Shown in pieces: positions 11,430 to 20,299 of a DNA stretch of 36,089 nucleotides. Position numbers and translations under genes: made by a program. The notes beneath the pieces were generated by a model that was given only the letters and a program-made list of their open reading frames with translations, was not told the DNA's origin and did not search any database. This stretch comes from Klebsormidium nitens (Eukaryota > Plantae > Klebsormidiophyceae), in contig DF237703.1 in NCBI GenBank assembly GCA_000708835.1, positions 1 to 36,089 of the forward strand, in the 5' to 3' direction. Position 1 is the first letter of the stretch. Each line of letters opens with the position of its first letter.

Positions 11430-12674
11430 TATGAGTATCTCAACGGCAGGCTGTGGAAGTTAGACAGGCCCCGCAGGAAACCCAACCAGATCCCCGGACC
11501 TACGACCAGACGAGCGGTTCTTTCGACAAAAGAGAAGGAGTTGGTGCTCAAACAGATGCACGACCTGGGAGGACACCCCAGCATCCCAAAGACACGGCGC
11601 CTGATCAAGGAACGCTTCTTCTGGAAACGTATGTACGAGGAGATCAGGGATTACATCGCGACCTGCGCTGCCTGCCAGATGACTGATCAGCCCACCACAG
11701 AGCGTACAGACGGCCGCACTCTAACCAGCACGGAGGTCGACCTCCCCCTGGAAAAGGTCGGGTTTGACCTGCTCGGACCCTTCCCCAGGATGTCGGAAGG
11801 CTTCGAGTACGTTTATATCTGGTATGACTACTTCTTCGGATGGATCGGCGCCGGACTTGGCCGGAGCAAGGACTCGAAGGAGGTGGCTGCCTTCCTCAAA
11901 ATGGACTTGTTTGCAGCGCACGCGTGCCCCGCCGTCATCGTGATGGACAACGACGCTTGCGTAGGCGAGGTCAAGGAGCTATGCGACCAGATGGGATCGC
12001 TCGTGCAACTCATCATAGCCTACTGCCCCCGCATGAACGGCGGGGCGGAGGCCTCGGTGAAGCTGGTCACAAAGAACATCCGGAAGCTCATCCTCCAGCA
12101 CGGACTTGAGTGGGCAACGCACATCTTTGAAGCACTCCTAGTAGTGCGAATCTGTTACCGTACAGCCACCAGGTTGAGCCCCTTTGAGATCATTTACGGC
12201 AGACTCCCGGTGCTCCCAGCGGAGCGCCTCCTGCAGACCCGGTACAGGATTCAGGAACCCACCTCCGCGGAAGGCGAGGCGCGAGCAGAGGAGGAGTTTG
12301 ACGGAGCAGTGCGCGGCTTGTGCGAGTCCAGGAGGCTCAACATTCTTCTCAGACAAGCGCATCAAGCCAACATGCGCGCAACCGCGGCTGCAAACAGGGA
12401 CATATCATAGATTCGCGCTGAGGCGGCCTATCAACGCCGGCAACACCGGGGAATCTATAGGGTAGCCAACCTTGTCCCCGGACAGCTGGTCATCATGAAA
12501 AAGGCCAAGCGCGAGCACAAGTTTGACACCGGATGGGAGGGACCCTACAGGTTTCTCTACTTCTATGACGAGGCTGCGCAGGTGGCAGTGCTTGAGGACC
12601 AGACCGGACAGCGCTGGACGCGTCACATTGTTATGCTACACCCCTATCAGCCGCGCGCGGCGGCCCAGGAGTAG
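11430..12674 (+). pseudogene. pol: DDE integrase with HHCC zinc finger and GPY/F motif; no chromodomain
   Basis: HDLGGH...FFWKRM...CAACQ, catalytic-type motifs GFDLLGP / VMDND / NGGAEAS, in-frame TAG at 12408, then GWEGPYRF and a stop at 12672-12674. Confidence 0.93.
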
Positions 12675-13120
12675 TAGTACGCGCGACACTACACCGCGCG
12701 GCTTCCGCGTCGATATCCCCGACGCGCGGAGTTAAAATCCTAGGGACTTAGGTTGACCGGCGATCGAGACTAAATTTACCGGCCCGACTAGCGAGCCCAA
12801 ACTCCGGAGCTTTTACCCGGAGCTTACTCCGGAGCTTCTTCCCGGAGTTACCAGGAAACGGCGGACCAAAACCCCGTCAAACCCTGCAATTGAAACCGCG
12901 CGACCATCGACACAGGCGCCGGGCGTAACAAACTCCGCGGTAGACCCCGGAGTCGTCATTTTGCAGATTGCCAAGCCCCGCATTTATTGCCCCGGATTCA
13001 GACCGCAGCCTGTCACATCAACCTTCTACTCAGCGGATATCCCGGCGCGGCAAGTTGCAGGGCTGACTGGGATTTGAAAGAGTGACCGGGGGAATAGGAA
13101 CCTGTCACATCATTGGTGCC

Positions 13121-16100
13121 ATGACTAGTAAGGATCAGTCTCTGAGAGCTCCCAGGGGAAATCCACCGGAGAACCCCAGGCAGGCAGGAGACTTGCATCC
13201 CACTCCTCAATCACCAAAGATTCAAGTGGACACAGATCCAGGGTTCAAGTTGAACAAGCGTAAGAGGGAAAAGGGCGCCAACTTTCAGAAAGGCATTGCA
13301 ACCTCCCCACCAGTCAGCGCCAAGAGACCCAACAGGTTGGAGGCCCTATGGGCAGCAGCGTCCGCGGTGTTGATACCGCCAGCAGGTAGTTCACCCCAGC
13401 AGGGAGGGATGGCAGAGGAGGCAGAGGAGACTCCGGGGCATGCTCAGTATACAGGGAAGCAGCAGGAGGGAGTGTGGAGACCAGCCCCGGAAGACTCATT
13501 CAGACAGGGTTACGGGGACATCCCGGCGTTGTTTGATGGTGAGAAGAAGGATGTTTGGGAAAGTGCCATTGCATTGTTCAAAGGAAAGAGGGAGAGTAGC
13601 AACAAGGAGACACTGGAGTCGGAGGCTCTGAATGTGATTGGGTCTGTCTTTCCGGGGTTGCAGGAGGAGCAGGTGGCTCCCCATGTTTTAAGCCAGGTGC
13701 AGGTGGTTGTGTGCTTACCGGAGGATTTTGATTCCTCTGAGTTCTACCAATACTATGAGCAGAACCCCAACCGGTTGCAGACGGCGGTCATCCTCCCCAA
13801 GCCCAAATCCAAACCCAAACCAAAGCAGGTTCCACCCCCCTCCCCACCGGATACGGAGATACTCACAGGAAGCCAAGTACCTATTGCACAGATGACTGCT
13901 GCAGGTGCTAGGAAGCAGGCCCGCAAATCCAGGTCAGCAACACCCAAACCGCAGGCAGTGGTCACCTCCGTGAGATATCCAACCATCTTCTCCTCTTTTG
14001 AGCAGGGAGCAGGACCCTCCGGAGCTGGTGAGGAGGCAGACGTTGAGGAGATCCCCCAGATCACCACGGAGAAGCCCCGGTCCAGACCTGCCACCAGAGG
14101 ATTGCAGAGGGCCATGGCCGCTGTTACCACAACAGGTCCCCCCTCCCCCGCTTCCCAGAGACCCCCGCCCCAGACCTGGAACCTCTCCTCACTCCGGACT
14201 TTTGTTCTGAACAAACGTCAGGCCCAGCAGCTGGCAGTTGCCCAAGAGTTCAAGAAACTCCGGAGTGACTACCAGCCCCCCCCTCAGCCCAAGCTAAAAC
14301 TTTCCACGTCCCTCACCGGGTACGCCCTGACAGTCCTTAAAAGGGATTTCCCGGGACTAGCCACCACTGACACACCGGGACAGCCATCCCTCCTCATCTC
14401 CCAGGGCAACCCCATGCGAGACAGCGACGGGATGACCCAGCAGGTGGCTCGCAGGCTGGCGACTTGGGCAGCGGCCTACCCCCAGGGACAGGACCCCCAG
14501 ACCAAAAACCCCCTGTACGTCAGTTTCAACGAATCGGCGTTTCGAAGGCTAGCCAAGTAGGTAGTCCAGGGGCCCACAGCGGTGGGGGAATCAGCGGGAC
14601 TTCTGACCGAAACCGGAAAGTTTGTTCTTTTTCGGGGCGAGAGCGTGAGCGAACTGGAGCGTAACGACTTTATCCCCACCCTCTACCTCCGCAAGGATGG
14701 CAAAGGCGCGGTAACCCTCTCCAGAGTTGGGGACCTCCGGACTAAGGAGGACATGGAGAAGTTCCGCTCCAACCTGGACAAGCTGACCACGGAGATGGAC
14801 ACCCTTGGGGAAGTTCTCTCTAAGGAGAAACTGAATGGCCACAAAGCCCCGGTCTTGGACCCCGGACAGAAGGTCTTCCACACCCTCCCCATCTACTTCT
14901 CCCTCGGGCTGCGGATCTTCCTCCCCCCCGTTCCCACACCGGACGGAAAATACTTCAAGTTCACTAGGTGGGAGATTCCTCGACAGCACGCGGTGGACCC
15001 CAAAACTCTGACCCCCGGTGACCCGCTGTTCGTCATTGATGACAGCAACAACAGGTTTGCCGGCGTCTGGTTCACGGCGTTCTGTGACTTCCCGGATCTT
15101 CCCGACGGGGGTGGACCCTGCCCTGTGGACCTCCTCCACTCCGCCTCTGACATAGACGCGATGGCCGCGGCGTTCGCCGTTGACGGAACAAAACCAGTTC
15201 CGGCCAACAACACCCGCTTCATATTCTACAGATTTATGGGGGGGTACCAGGGCGGGGATTGGACTCCACAGTTTTGCCCCGTATCGCAGTTCCGGGCGGT
15301 GCGCTACCACATTATGGAGGCCCGAACCTACGCCAAGAAAGGAGAGGAACGCTACCTCTGCCGCGAGCTCTCTTCCACCGAGTCCCCCGCGGGGATGGTC
15401 TTCACCCCTGGGTTTTACCAGACTCCGCCGGAACAGGGGAAGCCTAAAACCAACATCCCCCAGATCAGCATCTACTCCGAGTACATCTCCTGGCTCGACC
15501 GCCGGCTGGTCCCCTTCCCGGAAGCCGCCGTGACGGAGTTCAACAACCTTACACATCCCTACCGGTGGTTCGAGGATTTCAGGCTACCAGATGACCTCTA
15601 CCCCTACACTTCCCCGTGCGCGCCAAAGGGCATCCAGACCTGGGTAGCGGAGCTTTGGGATCAACAGGGAAACGAAGACGACGTGGTCTGCATCTATGGC
15701 AAGACGGAGCTCCCCGTATTCCCAAGCCTGGCAGAGGAGCGCCAGGAGACCCTCAGAACGCAGCAGCAGGAGGCCGCCAGGGAGACCCCCGGGTCGAAGC
15801 GGAAGGCGGAAGGGCCAGCAGAAGAAGTGGCGAGGAGAGGGAAGAAACGAGGCCCGACGCGGAGCCCGGCGCCGGGGCCAGCGACGAGGCTGTCTGCTCT
15901 GGTTGTTTTCGCCAGAAACCTCATCGCCGGAGGTCCGGACAGATTTGACGAGAACGTGAGCCAGTTGATGCTCACCTCCTCCCCGGCGGCAAACTCCCCG
16001 CAAATTTCCGGAACAAGGACTGGTACGCCTTCTTGGCGGAGATGGACGACCTCATCCCACAGATTACCCTCAACCCCCTCGACGCGACGGAGTCGCCTCT

Positions 16101-17950
16101 CTTCGAGTTGTTCCTGCAGATCGCCACGGCAGTCGCCCCCCTCTCTCGAGATGCCGCCAACATCTTTGTCAGGCTGGCAAACGGCGTCCTCAAAAGACAG
16201 GACCTGGCGGAGGTTCTCCGTTTCTGGAGGAACTCTGAAAACAAACCCAGCGACTGTGATAAGCGGGACAAGGAGCGCGACGACGCCGAGCGGGAAGAAG
16301 AAGAGGAGGAACATGAGGAAGGAGGCGGGGACAAGGGAGCGCCGGAGTATGAGGAAGAAGGCGGTGTGCCGGGGGGGAAAGGAGGAAGCCCGGGTGCGAG
16401 AGAGGGGACTCCGGAAGGCGGAGACGAGCAGGGCGGTGAAGAAGGCGGAGAACAGGGGGGCTCCGACAAGCCCCGAGATAAGTCCCCAACTGCCGGCCTG
16501 GGCGAAGTTCAGCAGACAGCGGCGCTGGACCCCGGACACCTCACATGGCGATTTAGCGGCGCGCAACCGCGCAACTTGCACGGGTTCAGGTCTCCTTCCC
16601 CCCGGCGCGGGGTCTCGCAGTCCTCATCCGAGGAGCGGACACGACGGGGACGCTCCGCGAGTCGTTCCGTTTCCAGCGGACGCTCCAGCTCGCCGTCCGG
16701 AACGCCCCCCGGACGCGCGGTAAGGTATCGCTCTGTCTCCCCAGTACTTACGCGCCCAGCTCGTACAGAGACTTTCCCCCCAGCCGTTTATCGGTTCGAC
16801 CCCGACGTGTTCGAACCAGAGGGGTCAGAGCAGGTGTGTTACTCGACGGATGAGCCGGACGACTTCGCGGACCTGGGGGAGGGAGAGGAGGAGAGCCCCA
16901 CGGAGACCGACCCCGACGCGCCCAAACCGGGGCCGCCCTCCGCATCCAAGGGGGATGGCAAGTTCCCGTCGCCAGAAGGGCGCCCGAAAGGCGGGGTTAC
17001 AAACGGAGCCAAACCCCCAGTGCGGAGCAGACTAATCCCCCAGAAGAGACCAGTCCAGGAGAGACTGTCCGGGCCTTCCGGCGGCGAAAAGACCCCGCTG
17101 AAACACCGTCTGGGCCCGTCCCTCACGACCATCCCCGTTCGTGAGCGACTTGGCCCCGTCAGAAACGACGCCCTCAGTCACAGCCCCAAGACGGAGCCCC
17201 AAAACCCCAACGGGGTGAAAAAACCGTTTAGGCCCCAGACCCCTTTCCCGAGAGAAGAACGACGAGGTGACCTCCCCGCTACGCGATCCTTCGACAGCGG
17301 TGCAAGCTCGCCTCGGACCCCTCCCTACACCTAAACCCTCCGCCTTCGACCGCCTTTACGGTGCCCCGGTGACCGCGCAAAAGCGCACTCGTTTCGACGA
17401 GATCCCCACAGGAATCACCGTGGTCGAGGCAATCAAGACAGTGAACCAGCTCCGCGAACAGGTTAAAACGGCGGAGCGAACGAAGGAAGCGCTTGAACTC
17501 GCAGTACAGGCACTCCGCGGGGCAGATGCAGCGGCGGGGGAACAGAGCGACTGCGCGGCGCTGGCCCAAAAGGAAATGGAGATTTCTAACCTACGCATGC
17601 AGATTGCCGTGGCGGAGCACACCAAGATGGCCGTGGCTAGACGGGAGACGGAGAAAATCCACGAAGAAGTGGCGGAGTTTATGAAGGGGAATCCCAAGCG
17701 AATGAAGAAGCTGGCAGGCTTCTCCCCGGAGCGTGAACACTCCGGGCGTGGTGAGGCATCACGGCGGTTGGGACCCCCGCCACCCAAGCATTTCACCGAT
17801 TCGGGCCGCACCAGGACAAGGGAGAGGTCTCCTGCCTCTTCCGTCATCACGACCGCGGCGGAGCGCCCCACCACGGGGGCGCTGCGACTGCGCAACATGA
17901 TTGGCGCTACCCAGGCTCGTCTTCAGACAGGCTGGGACGTTGCGCCCTAG
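13121..17950 (+). pseudogene. Large additional sense ORF (about 1,600 codons when repaired) of unknown function inside the retrotransposon
   Basis: ORFs 13082-14560, 14582-about 15997, about 16000-17220 and about 17222-17950 join into one frame after repairing one TAG (14558) and two 1-nt homopolymer indels. Codon and GC character match gag-pol. No TM or signal peptide seen. Confidence 0.8.
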
Positions 17951-18020
17951 ACAACATCTTCATTCTACCATTTACATGTAAGTCTCAATGATTCTCCTCG
18001 CTCCGGGACGAGCTCTTAGC

Positions 18021-18034
18021 GAGGGGATAGAGAA
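18021..18034 (+). promoter_or_regulatory. Polypurine tract region
   Basis: GAGGGGA-T-AGAGAA upstream of the 3' LTR. The exact plus-strand priming site cannot be read from sequence. Confidence 0.75.
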
Positions 18035-18040
18035 TACAGC

Positions 18041-19228
18041 TGTGCTCTCTGTATAGGCCCGCTCCATCAAGGGCCCCACCAGGTGTACCGACCAGTGAAA
18101 GATTGCCACGTGGCGACAGGAGACAGGTGCAGATAGTACGCGGCTCCGCAGTCGCGCCTCCGGGGCCTGAACACCGGATCAATCCAGCAGGATCCGGGGT
18201 TTAAGGATTAGGACCTACGGGGGTGAAACTCCCCGCGTAGAGTAAACCTTAGCCGTAAGATTGGATTTCAGCGGTCGTTCCATACAGACCGGGGCCGTAC
18301 GATGACAAAGGTAGATCTTGTCTTTTGATTTCAAATAGGAAGTCTAGGCTACGAAGCGCGGAGTAGGTCCAGAATACTACCACAGTGATTAGTTCCGGAG
18401 TTCCGTCACCTTGCAAAGTGACTCAGTACCACACTGAGAATCTACGCTAAGGCTATTTTGGTCCTTGTGCAGGTTCTCCAGAGACCTTCGGGACTTCAGG
18501 GAGCAAGTGATAACTCCGGACAGACTCCGTTACTGAGTAGTTACGTAACTTCATACTCCATTAGCCCAGCTTCTAGGACGATAGGACTTGACGATTAGGC
18601 ATCCATTCCAACTTCTCTCGTTAGACAGCATCCTTGTAAAGCGCCGTTGTAGTGAGCAGGAAGGGTCCGCTGCCAGTGTTTTCAGCACGGTACCGCAGTG
18701 TAGCAGTGTGTTCTCCGCCGATCTCTTAAGGACACCGGTCTATAACCGGAAGCATTGTTCATCCGTTAGCCATTTATCCGCAGCTCCATTCAGTCTTTCC
18801 AGCGCTATTCAGCAGGTGGCATCCGCATGGCAGGTATGTGCACCCATGGCAACCGAAGGGGACCTCCCGATATGGTGGCTTGACATGAGACGGGGCTCAA
18901 CACGTTTGCAAGGCTGTATGTGTGTGTGGTGAAATTGAAAGTATTGCATGTGACCTCGACTCCTTAAGCTGGAGCGAGACTCAAATGGTATGGGACATTT
19001 GAGCATGTGTTGAATACTACTACTGTTTGCTAGGCTAGCCTGGTCAAGGGCCTGCCACCATCGACTTCCGCTGCGTAGATGAGATAGTCCCCCGCGGTTT
19101 ACAGACAGGTACCCCCGGTGACTGTGCTTGTAACCCCGGAACTACTGCATCGCTACTCGACCTCGCTCTAGTTGCAACCCCGCGGTCAAGTGGGCTTGCT
19201 ACGGAGGTGGTCCTCTCTAGAGAATACA
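18041..19228 (+). repeat. 3' LTR (core 18041-19217) plus 11-nt extension T-AGAGAATACA ending in CA
   Basis: Direct repeat of 2506-3681. The extension duplicates 18028-18038 and is followed by the TSD CTAT. Confidence 0.95.
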
Positions 19229-20299
19229 CTATGACATCATCGAAATTGACCGTACACGGTACGAGTCGGAGTCACGACTTCAATTTTGTACGGCGCTCGA
19301 GTCGGCGACAAGACCCGACTCGGTAGTACCTATTTGGAACCGCTTGACTCAACTGGTCGCCGCCCCAAGCATGACACAACTCAAAACTGCCGGCCTGATG
19401 GGGTCGCCGGGGTCGGGGGGGGTCCCGGTCCCCGGGAAGTTTTTGAGCGTCGGGCCGGCCGGACCAATCAGAAGTTCTTTCGGAAGAGGCATCGGACGGC
19501 TTCGATAACCTTCAAAACTTCTCAGGTACTGAATCTTGCGGTCGAAATAACTTCTTGTAACTTCTCCGCATCTCCCGGAAATCGATCGGACGAGTCACAT
19601 AACTTCCCAACCTGTGAAAAGGGGCGTCCATCGGACGGTAGAAGAAACTTTTGCAGGGTCATCTAGCGGCGCAGAGGTAAGGAAGTACTCAAATTTTAGA
19701 AGGTGCCACGCTGGCAGCGCTGCCAATGCTCTAGCCTCTGTGAAGCCTCGGAAGTTGGAAGGCGCCGCAAGAATCAGGAGCTTAGCCTTGCAAGTTGCCA
19801 GCCGTGCTATTGCAATGCAGCATGAGTCCATGGTCGAAATAGCGGCTTGGCAGCCTTCAAAGAGCTCTGAGCATGCTGCCTCAGGCCAGATTGCACACCG
19901 TCTGGGTCGAGCGGCTGAATGGCGGCAGGCATGAAAGTCATCCCTTGGAATTGGGCACAATTGCCAACTAAAAGATGCCCGAAAGGCGGCTCTGCAAGAG
20001 CTGAAATGCAACAAGGCAGAGGAGAGCTCTGCAAGATCATGGAAAGTGTGGCCTGTTTAGCAGGCAGAGCACTCAGGGTGAGCTGCCAGACGTTCCTGAT
20101 ATGATCAAATATTCTGTGGTGCTGAGCATTTTGCATCTTAACATGCAACGTATTCCAATGACTGCTGTTCCTTTCACCTGATGTGACCTGGCGCCGTGAC
20201 TCAGCATGTTTTCAAGGTTTTCAGGCTTGTATACACGAATTTTCTGTGCACGTTCTCCGGCAGTTCTACCTTCAGCGACCACTTACGTGCAAGTAGATT

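Larger units (their letters stand above)
2506..19228 (+). mobile_element. Full-length Ty3/Gypsy (Metaviridae-type) LTR retrotransposon, non-chromovirus, with a 3' extra ORF; coding regions disrupted
   Basis: Two about 1.18-kb direct repeats, TG...CA outer termini with imperfect 10-bp inverted repeats, TSD, PBS and PPT. Domain order is Gag(CCHC)-protease-RT-RNaseH-integrase(GPY/F). Confidence 0.97.

Noticed and set aside
5390-14560. Alternative nuclear code (TAR = Gln) explaining the in-frame TAG/TAA codons
   Set aside because: The host KEA exons (about 650 codons) have no in-frame TAR, all their Gln codons are CAR, and the predicted stop is TAG. Frameshifts show the element is decayed anyway.
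14591-16581. Long antisense ORFs (321 aa, 295 aa)
   Set aside because: Shadow frames of the GC-rich sense accessory ORF, with no independent motifs.
10010-17950. Retrotransposon-borne DNA methyltransferase, as reported for some algal retroelements
   Set aside because: No FxGxGG, PC or ENV motifs in the RH-IN insert or the accessory ORF.
13121-17950. env gene
   Set aside because: No signal peptide or transmembrane helix. The composition is basic, acidic and RS-rich, like a nuclear protein.
2506-19228. DIRS/Ngaro (tyrosine recombinase) element, suggested by the split-repeat-like ends
   Set aside because: It encodes a DDE integrase, protease and tRNA PBS and has a TSD. No YR (R-H-R-H-Y) ORF was recognised.
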